Assembly (NCBI RefSeq): GCF_964204645.1
Contig: NC_134025.1
Span: 16,653,101-16,717,100 of the forward strand
Source: Tubulanus polymorphus
Lineage: Eukaryota > Animalia > Nemertea
DNA length: 64,000 nt
Direction: 5' to 3'
This document shows, one piece after another, positions 26,643 to 37,750 of this stretch. Numbering within the stretch: position 1 is the stretch's first letter; each line of letters starts with the position of its first letter. Under the pieces are notes generated by a model. That model was not told the DNA's origin. It searched no databases and saw only the letters and a program-made list of their open reading frames with translations. Position numbers and translations under genes: made by a program.

Positions 26643-27353
26643 ATTAAGAACATTTCTAACATTTTTCAGTTACTACGAAAATCTAGCTGTGGATCACAAG
26701 TCTTGTGATATCTTAAATGAACTCTATAAAAACATGTTCGATCAAACAGGAGCTTGGGCTAGTGGTCAGAACCGCCCAACGGTTGATAAGGCTGTTGACA
26801 TCAAATTGATGATGAAGGAGATCGTTCAGGCAGATGTGTTTAATTTCCGTTCCGAGCGAAAGGTGACAGGGTTTGAACAATTCAAACATCCTATTGACAG
26901 GATAAACCCATCAACTCTTAAGACATGGTTCTGTTCTAAAAAGATAAGAGCAAAAAATGAAATGATTGACGTTGCATAATGTAGAGGCTTTTTTCTGTAT
27001 TTCTTTAAAACAAATCAAAGCTACAAAATTATAAAATGCGATAGTGAACTAATTATATATCAATTATAACCATAGTTAAAAGGACTTGAATTTGCTAGTT
27101 CTGTGAGGAAATACTTCAGTTGAGGATATGTTTCCAACAGCATCCATTCCATTGTTGTTGGTTCTTGTGAATAAGTAAATAATCATAAGATGATGGAGAA
27201 AAGAATTTGGCTTGTGTTAGGGGTACATGAATTTCTAAAACTCATCTCTGCTCAAGTTTCAAGAAAACCTTCACTCATAGATAGGCCCCCTGTGTCATCT
27301 ACCCCTAACATTAATCGGAGATTCTACCATATCCAGAAAGGAAACAATGAAAC

Positions 27354-29054
27354 CTACATGTGAACACCGAAAACTCTATCAATACAGTCCATACAAAAAT
27401 CAGCATGTTCCTCACTCCAAACTTCACATAAATCAATGATATTATCTCTATCTGTAATGTATTGAATGTTTTTTATTATACTATTAATTGATTGGTCAGT
27501 GAAATTTGCTACATGTACCGGTATCAAACTATCCATATCAGAACTTCGATATGACCTTAATAGAGTTTTTAGTCTTTGATCTCGTAATTATTGGGCTCTC
27601 TCACAATTATGAAGTTTTCAGTGGCATTCACTACAGTTGATGGATGAGGATCGCCATCAACTGAGGAACAGTTATCACAACATTCATCACTATTAACTTG
27701 TTGTTTCTGATCAGAATAGTATTTCAACATAATATCTCTCCGACACTGATCAGAACATAGATAACTGCGAATTTCTAAATCCTTAACACTTGACATCTGT
27801 TGTCCATGATAAATAACTAAATGTTCAGAAATAGAACCATCTCGCCCAGCTCTACCCATCTGCTGAACTAAAGTATCCATGTCACGAGCTGGGCCAAAAT
27901 TGATCACTCTGTTGACGCATTTAAAGTTTATGCCCATCCCTGCGGCCGATGTACCGATTAATATTTTAATGTTTCCATCAATCTTTGACATATCTTGACG
28001 GATATATTCCTTCACGCTATCTGGTGTTTTACTATGATACAACGAAAACTGATTAATATCGATCTCAGTCTTAAAAGTTGCATGTAACTCTGCTGTCTCC
28101 TTGATTGTAGTACAGAATATCAATGTTCTACTGAACTCGGCTGGATTTGCAGTGAGCTCATTGATAAGCCAACGAAACATGGAAGCTTTCGACAATTTAC
28201 CTGATTTCTGAAAGTAATGAAAAATATGTGACTCATTTGAAACAAAATCATTTCAATTGGGACATTATAGTAGGATATATGTACACACATAGGTCTAAAT
28301 ATGCAATGCATCTCATAGAATACAGTGCTCCATGAAAATATGTTCTCAAAAATTTTCAGTTGATTAAATATCTCCAGTACCAATTTTGAATTTTTTTTAG
28401 TTGACCAGTACATGGAATGGAATACAGTAGGGCACAGCGACCTTATCTCACCGACTCGACCATACCATTCTCTGAATACTTTTTCACCGTTTTCGCTGTC
28501 TCCCCTGAAAAATTTAAATTTCAAAAGAAAATACCCATTAAAAAGTAGCCCTAATTATAACAATAATGTATCATTATTGTTGATGTAATAAGAAGTATCG
28601 AAATGAGCCTACCAATCTTGTACGACGTGGGCCTCGTCAACTGCTATGACAACAAGATTTTCTTGTAAAATATCCGACATTAACATATTTCTGTATTTGT
28701 CCACACCAAGGATCTGTTCTGGAGAAGCAAACACATACATATACCACCCGGTTATGATATCATTTTCTTCTGATGAGTCCTTCCCAATATATGTGGCACT
28801 AAATCCAAGTCTCTTCAAATATTCGCATTGTTCCTGCATAATGGCTAACAGCGGAGTTATTATCATCACTATAGCGCTTTCCACCGATTCCGAAACATGT
28901 GGTGTGGCTTGATAGATCAACGACTTCCCGCCTCCTGTTCTAGTACTAACAAAAACATCCTTCTTATCAAAATAAAGGGCATGTATGGCTTTTTTTGAAG
29001 GTCCGTCAATTTTTCGATGTTAAAACGCCGTAGAATATTCTGGTAGATGTCCAT
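27354..29054 (-). pseudogene. AcademH RecQ-like superfamily 2 helicase
   Basis: ATG at 29054; DVFVSTRTGGGKSLIYQ (Walker A), ITPLLAIMQEQ, ASPEQ, VDEAH, FREWYGRVGEIRS, TSAAGMGIN, QQMGRAGRDG, CRR...CCDNC. One frameshift in a T-run near 28990; introns at ~28506-28612 and upstream of 28200. Confidence 0.92.
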
Positions 29055-29328
29055 TTCAATGATTTTGAAGATTGATTAGTAAAAAGATTCGGAGATTCCC
29101 CCAAATTATGCGAAAATACTTCCTTGTTCGCTAAAACGTTCGCTGATTGGTCCATTTAACGGGAATTCCAACAGAAGCCTAATGTCGTTTGTTACAAGCG
29201 CTGTGATTGGTACGACCTGATTCTGGTCGGCTAGTAACGACTCTAACGACTCGTGAGGTCAAGGGGTTCGGGGAACAGCTTTAGCGTAGTGGGTTCGAAT
29301 CCCTTGACGGGTGAAGATGGGCGTCCTC

Positions 29329-30085
29329 GAATAGGGCCAAGAATTGTGTCTGAGCGTCAAACGCGGTACTGGTGTCACCGACGATGACGTTTCGAGTTTG
29401 TGCTTGGGCTCCTAGGATGCAGTAAACGTACACCCGAATGGAGTCGTTCAGGCGTTCCACCCCGGTTTTGGTCAGACCGTGACCTTCGGGTGCCACGAAG
29501 TTAACCCACCCTTTTTCGTTCAGGTACTGTTTCGTGTACAGCGTGCCCAGATCGCCTGCTTCTCCGATCCAATACCTAAAGTCAGTGTTTTGGGGGACAT
29601 TGAATTCGCCGCAGATACGTTCAAACGCTAGTTCGTTCACGGGATTATCGAGCATGTTAAAAACCGTTGTTGGCTGGTACGGGACATTTCATCTCCGATA
29701 GGATCTTCCTCGTTTGAAAATAAACGTGAAATCGGAACAAACTGGTTACCAACGGAGAGGAGTTGTTCATGTGGTTCTTCCAGGAGACCCCGCAACCGCT
29801 TGTGGCGCACTAAATGGCAAAGTTGAGTTGGTTCTGCCAGAACTTCATGTTTGACGTGCGCCTCCAAACTCGAAACTCGCCGAGATTGTAAAAGCGGATC
29901 GGGTAAATCCTGAATATGTCCGGTACAGTTGTCTGAAAGTGATCGTCAACCCTACTCGACAATTGTATCCTCAACGACGTCAAAGCTTTGTGAATGTCAC
30001 CTCTGTAGTCGAGCTTGTCTTTGAATGGTACCACCGGTACGGAGTAACGCGACGATGGATCGTACACAAATTCTGGTGGAAACAT
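29329..30085 (-). pseudogene. N-terminal half of the conserved WQNQLNFA-family Polinton protein
   Basis: MFPPEFVY...KFWQNQLNFAI...GLTKTGVERLNDSIRVYVYCILGAQAQTR...FEDA, homologous to A's 45968-47089; frameshifted. Confidence 0.88.
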
Positions 30086-30113
30086 TTCCTGCGGTATATA
30101 TAGTAGAGACAAA

Positions 30114-30482
30114 ATGCATCCTGTGAGTTACTTGAGAGTATGGTATGCTACCGGGCAGCCTATTCAAGACAACGATCTCAGCAGAAAACTGAAAGGGAAT
30201 GTGGTCGCAGGCATTGAACGATACAGTTTGCAGTGCATGGCTCTGTCCGTCTTCGCCTGGGAGGAAATAAATCGGGAAGCGATTTGGAAGGAGATGTTCA
30301 CCGACAACCGCGTAAACTGGGGTCGAATAGTCACGTTAATCGCATTCGCTAGCTATCTGGCTAAGCATTTCTTCCGAGTCACCGATTACGTCGAAGAGAT
30401 CGCGTTTAGAACGAGGGAGTTCTTTAACGACAATCTCGCATACTGGGTTATCGAGCAAGGTAGCTGGTCAGAATTACCATGA
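30114..30482 (+). CDS. Bcl-2 family protein (vBcl-2-like), 122 aa
   Basis: BH1 EMFTDNRVNWGRIVTLIAFA and BH2 LAYWVIEQGSWSEL; no C-terminal membrane anchor. Confidence 0.88.
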   Translation: MHPVSYLRVWYATGQPIQDNDLSRKLKGNVVAGIERYSLQCMALSVFAWEEINREAIWKEMFTDNRVNWGRIVTLIAFASYLAKHFFRVTDYVEEIAFRTREFFNDNLAYWVIEQGSWSELP

Positions 30483-31723
30483 GACGGAAAAGCGAGTTTT
30501 TTCTGGCTTACAGTATAGCTACTATATCTGCATACGGTAAACACTTGAACTCTTCGAGACAAATTCGAACACCGCTAGGTGTCAAGGCGGATCGAGACCA
30601 CGAGGTTATTACCCACAACCCTTCGTCCGTGTCACCGGGGGAAACCCTTTACGTAAGGATACCAAAACTGCAGGTGAACACGCTGCTGGTACCCGGAAGC
30701 TTGAAACTCACGTTCGACCTCAGCAAAGAGGGTCCGGCTAATAACTTCTTCGTGAACAACATTTCGAGGAACCTTATGGCCAGAATCGTTGACAAACTGG
30801 GTGGTGAAATCTTATCGGATTTGAACTACAGCTTCGTCTTCCGGACCTACAAAGATCTGTGGCTTACGGAGAAAAGGCGAAGTAACATGATTCTGGAAGG
30901 AATCGGCAACGAGAACTTGAGGAAACTCAGATCGGATGCAGAAAGCGCCTTGAAAACCAACACCAAGGAAACGATGATCAAGTCGGTGTTTAAGAACAGG
31001 TACGCCATACCCATCGATTTCGAACTGTACACGGACCACGGTCCTTTCTATCCGTTCGCAATCAACGAGGACTGTGTTAGGGAGATCACTTTCAACGAAA
31101 TCAAGTTCACTGTAAACGGGAGTGCGGAGGCATGGGGATACTCCGTGAAAAATATAGCCCTCGAATACGACACCGTGCATTCGGCGGAGCTCGCCAGACA
31201 GATCGAAGCCGACCTGTCCGCCGGGGTAAGCTTCTTGTACGACTACGTCACGTTCTTCAGGAGTCAATCCACGGGAACCTCGACAATTCTGAACGTAAAC
31301 GTTAACGTTAACAACGGGCAGTACGATTCCGAAGCCACCTCGTTTCAGAACCCAAACATCAAGAACGTCGATGTCACGATCGAAGGAATATCTCACAAAG
31401 TGTACAAGCAAGGACTGAAACCTTACCAACAATGGGAAGAGTGCAGAAGATTTCTGATGCCAGAATCGGCCAAAGAAACCGACGAGTCGCACATAGACGA
31501 GTTCTCGTTCTTCGTCGACGACAAATACGCATTGTGGATCGATCTCAGAAGCACAGACGACAACTCGCTTCACGGATCTGGTCTAAGGTTGGTCAACACA
31601 AAGGACGGCGTTCAGTTAGCCATCACCCGTACCAGCACAACGGAGTACACGATGTTCATTTACGTCGTAGCCGACACCCAAGTAAACATCCAGAACAATC
31701 AATTAAAGGCGATTCTGTTCTAA
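30479..31723 (+). CDS. Element B probable double jelly-roll major capsid protein
   Basis: 414 aa, beta-rich, directly upstream of the ATPase. ITHNPSS...ETLYVRIP, YKDLWLT, LEYDTV and WIDLRSTDDNSLHGSG are shared with A's 48811-49922. The capsid call rests on size, context and family resemblance. Confidence 0.75.
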   Translation: MRRKSEFFLAYSIATISAYGKHLNSSRQIRTPLGVKADRDHEVITHNPSSVSPGETLYVRIPKLQVNTLLVPGSLKLTFDLSKEGPANNFFVNNISRNLMARIVDKLGGEILSDLNYSFVFRTYKDLWLTEKRRSNMILEGIGNENLRKLRSDAESALKTNTKETMIKSVFKNRYAIPIDFELYTDHGPFYPFAINEDCVREITFNEIKFTVNGSAEAWGYSVKNIALEYDTVHSAELARQIEADLSAGVSFLYDYVTFFRSQSTGTSTILNVNVNVNNGQYDSEATSFQNPNIKNVDVTIEGISHKVYKQGLKPYQQWEECRRFLMPESAKETDESHIDEFSFFVDDKYALWIDLRSTDDNSLHGSGLRLVNTKDGVQLAITRTSTTEYTMFIYVVADTQVNIQNNQLKAILF

Positions 31724-31735
31724 TGTATAGCGGAG

Positions 31736-32347
31736 ATGGATAGGCTTTGGTTACAGCCCCCGTTCAACATGATTGTGTCGGGGCAAACGAACTGCGGAAA
31801 AACGCACTACGTCCTCGACCTCCTACAATCTGTCTATCGCGGCAAATTCCACAATATAGTGATTTTCTGCCCGACTTTCCTCGAGAACACCACCTACGAT
31901 AGATCGTTTGTGATGAAGGACCCCAATATCTTCGTCATGAACCCGGATTCGGTGTTAAACGACCTAGACGGTTTGCTTTCCACGTGCACCAAAGTATACG
32001 GCGATCCTCATTGTCAAACTCTGTTTCTTATAGACGACTGCGCCAACTTGAGGGATACTAAAACCAAGTCGTCCGAATTGACGAAACTCGCGTTCTCGGG
32101 CCGTCATCTGAATATCTCAGTGTGGGTGCTCACTCAAAAATAGAACGCCGTTGTGAAATTCCGAGAAAACCTGAGAATGTTAGTCCTGTACCACCAAAAA
32201 GACGAGGATGGTTTAAAGGATGCTCTGCTTGAAAACAACATCGTCCCGAAAACCAAAAGGGAACGTGTGATCGCAGATCTCTCTGCTAGGAATCGGGCCC
32301 GTCTCGTCATGCGTCTCGAGTATCCATTCGCCTACGGGGTATTCTAA
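31736..32347 (+). pseudogene. Element B A32/FtsK-like packaging ATPase
   Basis: Walker A GQTNCGKT, Walker B LFLIDD, FSGRH..ISVWVLTQ; premature TAG at 32141. Confidence 0.92.
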
Positions 32348-32374
32348 ATTTTGGACGACTAACATATAGCGAAC

Positions 32375-32808
32375 ATGGACGAAGTCTACGACGAATTACT
32401 GAGTGACATTGGGTTGGATGTAGAATCACCCGAAGACGACGAGTCGGAAGGGCGCAGGCAGCTACTTGTCGGGCTTTCTCAGAGCGGGTTGCTCGCAAAA
32501 ATAGAGTACGAAAACCGTTACTCCGCCGCGGTTTCCGACAGTCTGATCAACAGCATGCTGTACGGTTATTCCTCTGCAAGTGGTTCAGACCTAACGTAAA
32601 CGCAGAACAGCTAAACAAGGAGTTGACTGAAAACTTTGTTATCACCGCCGAGACGAAAAACCAGCTCGGCCATCTGGGTAGGATTCTGAAGACTCCCATA
32701 CTCGCAATCGCGAACGTGGCGGTAATCACCGGGAAGAATATGGCAGATTCTGAGGAAAGTGACTTGTCCACTTGTCCGCAAGTAACTAGTCCACTTGCCG
32801 ATAAGTAA
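32375..32808 (+). pseudogene. Hypothetical protein, positional homolog of A's 51902-52440
   Basis: ATG preceded by the element's TATAG motif; fragments resemble A's post-ATPase gene. Confidence 0.5.
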
Positions 32809-32829
32809 CTTGTCCACTTTCCCGCAAGT
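32757..32829. repeat. Three 23-bp tandem units
   Basis: AAGT(G/A)ACT(T/A)GTCCACTT followed by 6 variable nt, three times. Confidence 0.8.
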
Positions 32830-32855
32830 CGTATTTTCCTCTCTTGCATATAGGG

Positions 32856-33086
32856 ATGAAACTTGAACAAGTGGAACAAGTGACGACTAACCCGCATAAA
32901 CAAAAGTCCCCTGGTCGAGTCGCATGGGGCAAAAAGCTTGCCGAAATTAGTAGGCAGCAGCGAGCCTCGAAGAAAACGGCTGCCCCGATTGTCGGTTCCG
33001 ACAACGAAAACAGAGCCCAGTCAAAACACCTGCAAGTGTGGATCGCGATAGGCGGGTTGTTAGTGGGCCTCGGAGCTCTATACTAG
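32856..33086 (+). CDS. Small basic membrane protein
   Basis: KSPGRVAWGKKLAE followed by the hydrophobic segment VWIAIGGLLVGLGALY. Confidence 0.6.
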   Translation: MKLEQVEQVTTNPHKQKSPGRVAWGKKLAEISRQQRASKKTAAPIVGSDNENRAQSKHLQVWIAIGGLLVGLGALY

Positions 33087-33204
33087 CAGAGAATGGCACT
33101 AAACCAAACCCAGAAACCCGAAGAAAGCACGGAACCAACACCCGAACCTTTGAATTGTCGCCTTGTGGAGATGACCTAAATTTTCTGGTGATAGATATTG
33201 CACG

Positions 33205-34227
33205 ATGGCAACGAATCCAGACTATGGAACAATCGCAAACCTGGATGACATGGAGCGGGCCCTGATGCGCCTGCAACTACGAAAACAAGACGACACCTGG
33301 TTCTTTCAGACGGAACTGAACGGTGATCCAGTTCGGGTGAAACTTACCGGTAGGAGCGGTCAAGTACTCGCCCATAGTACCATCTCGAAAGCGCAAAGGG
33401 GGCTCTGAGTTTTTCCATGCTCTGGGCCCTGACAGACCGGTGAGAATGGAACGAGACCCGTTGGAACCATCTATCGTGGATAGGTGGATAACGAGTTGAG
33501 TTTGCAGCAGGAAATAGAGGACATCGTCAATGACGACAGGGCTCCGCTGAGACCAGAAGACAGACGTGAACTCCGTGGGGTAGCTACTACTTTGGTTTCT
33601 ACGTCCAGCAAAATTAAGTCAGCAGCTGTAAACGTGGAATGGGCCCAACGAGAACTTGAAAAGGCTCAGAAAGAGCGCGATGACGCGGTGTCCGAACAAG
33701 ACATCCGATACTGGGACGACGAAGTAGAAAGGTTCGAAGCTCAGGAAGCAATATACAGGCGGACCTACGAGGCTCTACGGCAAGGGGAGACTTCTCAGAT
33801 CGAGACGTTGAAGAGGCTTCTGAAGAACGAAGATAATCGGCCCCTCGGCGTAAAGATCCGGGAGTTGTTCAAACAGGAAGGGATTACGTTGGTGAGCGTT
33901 GTCATGGCCGTCGTTATGACTATCACGAGCATCGGGCTCGCAATCGCGAACGGGCTCAAAAGCGTAGTAACACCCAGTCCGCCGGTTGGACCGGGAAAAG
34001 AACCCAAGTCCAGGATTCAAGAAGCTCTGAAACAGTTCGCGGCGTTTCTTATATATCTCGCAGGGAAAGGAGCTGCCGCGTTGCCGGGAATGATCGGAAC
34101 GGTGGTTAGCTTCCTGTTGAGGAAAGCCGGAGAAGTCGTCGGATTCGTAGCCGAGCACTTGGTGTTGTTGTTTATCGCTGCAGTCGGTCTGTCTTTCCAA
34201 GTCCTGAGCAGGAAATTTTCGCGTTAG
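33205..34227 (+). pseudogene. Coiled-coil protein with C-terminal membrane segments
   Basis: LFKQEGITLVSV...KGAAALPGMIGTVVSFLL..AG..V.F.AEH is homologous to A's KSSAALPGVIASIVGFILKSAGNILNFAAEH (48467-48733). Confidence 0.75.
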
Positions 34228-34238
34228 ATATAGGAAGG

Positions 34239-34952
34239 ATGTTAGTCATCCACTGTTACGGTAAGGATCCGACCGTGCGTCTAAAAACGCATCTCGACAC
34301 GGCTGGCTTCAAAACTGTGGCCTTAAGACGTGCTGTCATTCCTCTGGCTTACTTCAACGTTTCCGACAAACTGAACAACCACAGGTTTCGCTACATGACC
34401 GGAGAAAGGGTGGACGAGCACCAACAAAAAGTGTTCAACTTGATTATCAGGAATGGACTTAACACGGTTGAGAGTTTGAAAGACGAAATTCAGCGAGTCA
34501 TAACCCGAAACGGTCACAAACCGGGCTTCATTAACATAGCCTACGTGGAGGCGAGGGGGCGCATCGAACTCAACGTCAAAAAACCGTACCGAGTGCTCTT
34601 CAGCGGCTCCAACACCGATCTGTTGGGAGTCCCGGAAGGATATTACCCAAACGTCGAAGGTAAAGAGGTTAGCGTAAGGGGTACGAAAGAATGTAGGTTT
34701 ACCAGGCATACGGAATACCGCGTAACGTGCAATCTCGTTGACGAATCGAGAAACTTCCTAAACGGGGTGCCCTCGGACCTGATCGCCATTTTACATCCGA
34801 AAGCAGGTCAATACGGCGACTCATTCGAGTACGTTTACGGGTACCGATACCAATTAAGGAAGGCGGCTTCGCCGACGTAGTGGTCAAGGTTTTCAATCAG
34901 GACATGGATGAGATTCGATTCCAAGAACCGCTCCAAATTTTGCTCGCATTAG
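34239..34952 (+). pseudogene. Element B probable minor capsid (penton) protein
   Basis: YFNVS...G..T...L...YRVTCNLVD pattern shared with A's 43742-44500; frameshift near the 3' end. Confidence 0.65.
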
Positions 34953-34959
34953 AATAGAG

Positions 34960-35418
34960 ATGAACTTGTACAGGGGATAAGGGAAAACGCAGTCAACCAC
35001 AAAACCTGTGATAACCGTTTGGGCCGAGGAAAAAGGACCCCTCGGTGAGGGCTCTTACGAGTTCTCGTACGGTGATGGGTCGCGATCCCAGTACGCGGGC
35101 TACACGATGATGTGTCCGGGGAGAGTGCTAAAAATGGGCCTCTCCGGTGTTGACTTGACAACTAATACCACAGTAGTGTTGACCGTCAACAGGGTGGAAA
35201 AAGGAGAAATCACGAAAGAGGCTCGGCTTTTACAAGGCCCGATCAAACCCCAAGGTAAAGGAGTCTTCCAAGCCGCGGTCAAAACGTTCTCTCCACCAGT
35301 CGAATTGGCCGAGGGCGACGTCATCAATTTCAAGTCGTCGAGATCGCCCGCTACTCGAGCAATAGCTACGATAGCTTCACTCCTCATCGAGCTCGACATT
35401 TTCCCGCATAGTATATAG
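34960..35418 (+). CDS. Hypothetical beta-rich protein (possibly virion-associated), 5' end frameshifted
   Basis: ORF 35008-35418; the ATG at 34960 follows the element's upstream motif. Confidence 0.45.
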
Positions 35419-35419
35419 C

Positions 35420-36030
35420 ATGGATAGCGACACTAAACTTTACCCAATGGTTCTAACTGAGCCTAGTGCTCCAACCGAAGATGCGTCGAACTTCCGACTG
35501 CAAAGATATGCGAAGTCCAGAAAATTTTAGAGGCCGAGGGACAATCCCGCGCTGCGCTCTACAAGAAGTATAAAAGGGCGGTAAACACCATAGATGGATT
35601 TGACGCGGCTTTCTTGACGGCTAGCATAGCAGTCGCGGCTACGGGCGCCGCTGGCGTGCTTACAAACATAATCACGATCCCCGTTGCGACCGTCCTAGGC
35701 GTCTTAGGCGTGTCTGGGAAGATAGTCGGTCGGAAGCTTCTGATCAAGGCTAAAAAGCACGACGAAATTCGAGTGTTAGCCTCTTCCAAACTAAGCACCG
35801 TGTCAGATCTTGTATCGAGGGCAATAAGTGATGGAGTTGTTTCGGATGACGAGTTCAAGCTGATTCTAGCCGAACAGAGGAACTATCAGACTTTGAAGCA
35901 GGATATCAAGTCACAGGCTCGTAAAAAACACGGGTCGATCACGATCGACGAGGCTACAAAAAACGACCTCATCAGGCAGGGCAGGGAGCAGGCCAGGGCT
36001 TCCATCATCAAAAAGCTGGATGGAGGTTAA
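35420..36030 (+). pseudogene. Membrane protein with an N-terminal LYP...PSAP motif
   Basis: MDSDTKLYPMVLTEPSAPTE..NFRLQ, a frameshift, then RAALYKKYKRAVN, two hydrophobic helices and AISDGVVSDDEFKLIL. Confidence 0.7.
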
Positions 36031-36053
36031 CGTTAGAGTTTAACAGAGACACG

Positions 36054-36430
36054 TCACCCCCGGATTACTACTCCCGATTTAGCTAGTTGGTTCGCCATCT
36101 CATTCCCGTGTACCCCCTGGTGACCCCTGACGTATTTGAAAGATACGGAGACTCGGTTATTCAGACCATCCAGTTGTGTCCAGAGATCGCGGTTTTTGAC
36201 GTTTTTCCAGCACCTGGCTTTCCACGTCTTGATCCAATCAGTGATACCGTTTATAACGTATTTCGAATCGGTGAAAATTTTCAAGGAGTTAATACCAAGC
36301 TGGATGGCCTGATTGAGAGCCACGACGACCGCGGTTAATTCACCTGTGTTGTTGGTAGGTGGATAGACGACGCCACAGGTGTTTAAGGGACTGCACCGTT
36401 TCTCAGGCACGAGCCGTCTGTATACACTTC
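36054..36430 (-). pseudogene. RNase HI domain fused to the RT (frameshifted)
   Basis: EVYTDGSCLRNG at the end of the RT frame, then TNNTGELTA, IFTDSKY, WK.VKNRDLW and YVRGHQGVHGNEMANQLAK. Confidence 0.93.
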
Positions 36431-37750
36431 GGGTATATGCTCCGGATAGATGTCGAATACGTCGAACGCCTTAGAGCTACAGGGGAATTTTTCTGGGTCG
36501 GGGGTGGCGTGCGCGAATATTCCTAAGTAGTGGCCTTTTATGAACGCCTTCGAGTTTTTATGGTCGAGGGATTCGAAAGCGAGAACGAGATAATGGCTGT
36601 TTTCGAATTTCGAGATGGCCACTTCAACGATTTTTTCGTCGGGAGAAGTGATAAGGAAGTAGACCTTCAATGCATGAAGCCAGTGGTATACGGTGGACGG
36701 TACTTGAAAAGTGAGCAATCGACGGTGACCCCATTTATGTAGCGTGTTTACAAAGACACTGTCGATTAACTGCAAGCAATTATCAGACAGGTCGTTGATC
36801 ATGAGGTCATGGTAATCAGCTCTCAGCATATAGTCTATAGCGATATGAACCTTTGTCCCGCTTTGTATATCGGCGTTATCTATGTTTGCGAGTCGTTGCC
36901 TGAATTTTGTGAGGAGAATTTCACCCACCCCTTCCTGTCCATTGGGACTGAAAATTCGTTCGATTGAACCGAATGCATATTTAAGGTAAAATAAAGTCAC
37001 AGATGAGTCATTTTCAGTTTTTTCGGCTTCGATGATTTTAGTCTCTAATAATTCAGAATGTTCCAGTGTCCCGTGAAAACCCGACACGAATCCTTTTTGT
37101 ACGGCAGTGTCGATGAATCCGTTCCTAATGACGTGGCGTTCTATGCGTTTCGCCATTATCCGATGAAGGAGCCTCGAGATCACGCTTGTAACCGCAATCG
37201 GACGATAGTTAGCAGGATCCCGGCGGTCCCCTTTCTTGAATAGAAGCGTCACAATACTGGTGCACCACGCCGAGATTTTCGAAGGTGGCCTTCCCGTATC
37301 TAGTATGTCGTTGTAAAATCGCGCGAGTCGATGGGTGTGCTGACGGATATGTCCGTATTTGATCCTGTCTAGACCTTGAGCGGACTTTGGGTTGCTGCTC
37401 TTCAAGGCTTTTTCGATTTCAGCTGCGGTTATCGGTGACATATCGAACGGGAACACAACGTTCTGCTTACTAGAATACAGGTCCGTGAAGTATTCCTTCA
37501 CCCGTCGTTTAGTCGGAAATGCATCCTCCTGCGTTTGATTGCTCGGGGTAATAATCTGCTTGGCTGTTGTAAAGAACCGATTTGCCTTGTTGAGTTTGCT
37601 GATTTTTCTCACTAGGCCGAAGAATTCTTTCGAGCCGGCTTCATTCTTGAACAGCGTCTTCCGTAATTCACATTTCCGTTGTTTCAGGGTTTTCGGCAAC
37701 CCGGCTTTTATGTCACTCACCAGGTTTTGATAGATCAGATCTGTGTCCAT
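36383..37750 (-). pseudogene. Non-LTR (R2/RLE-clade-like) reverse transcriptase with the catalytic core deleted
   Basis: KSAQGLDRIKY, WCTSIVTLLFKKGD..DPANYRPIAV, QKGF..G..GTLEH and YLKYAFGSI, then a jump to a thumb-like region. QG, YADD and YLG motifs are absent. No APE or RLE endonuclease. Confidence 0.92.

Larger units (their letters stand above)
18123..26979 (+). pseudogene. AcademH transposase, multi-exon, inactivated
   Basis: GT-AG exons at about 18123-18546, 18901-18972, 19125-19263 plus 21656-21960, 22191-23330, 24341-24462, 24704-24973, 25202-25430 and 26670-26979. Motifs GDNLD, GGDV*TNERAYTAQ..NGE..RLGG..EGLHRIMN, DAYRHEDGDR and a C2H2 finger. In-frame stops near 21952 and 23208. 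Confidence 0.82.
18006..29319 (+). mobile_element. AcademH DNA transposon (transposase plus RecQ-like helicase)
   Basis: 9-bp TSD GGCGTCCTC (17997-18005, 29320-29328), imperfect CATC-starting TIRs, and convergent intron-containing transposase and SF2 helicase genes. Helicase plus a 9-10 bp TSD is the established AcademH signature. Confidence 0.9.

Noticed and set aside
27354-29054. RecQ helicase as a host gene or a Polinton gene
   Set aside because: It lies within the 9-bp TSD-bounded AcademH element, convergent with its transposase.
29270-29310. tRNA gene suggested by GGTTCGAATCCC
   Set aside because: There is no cloverleaf or A-box. The motif is one arm of the AcademH terminal hairpin.
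30812-31573. Long antisense and alternative-frame ORFs in element B (also 33775-34200, 34323-34709, 14126-14611)
   Set aside because: They are shadow frames of real genes in GC-richer DNA and carry no motifs.
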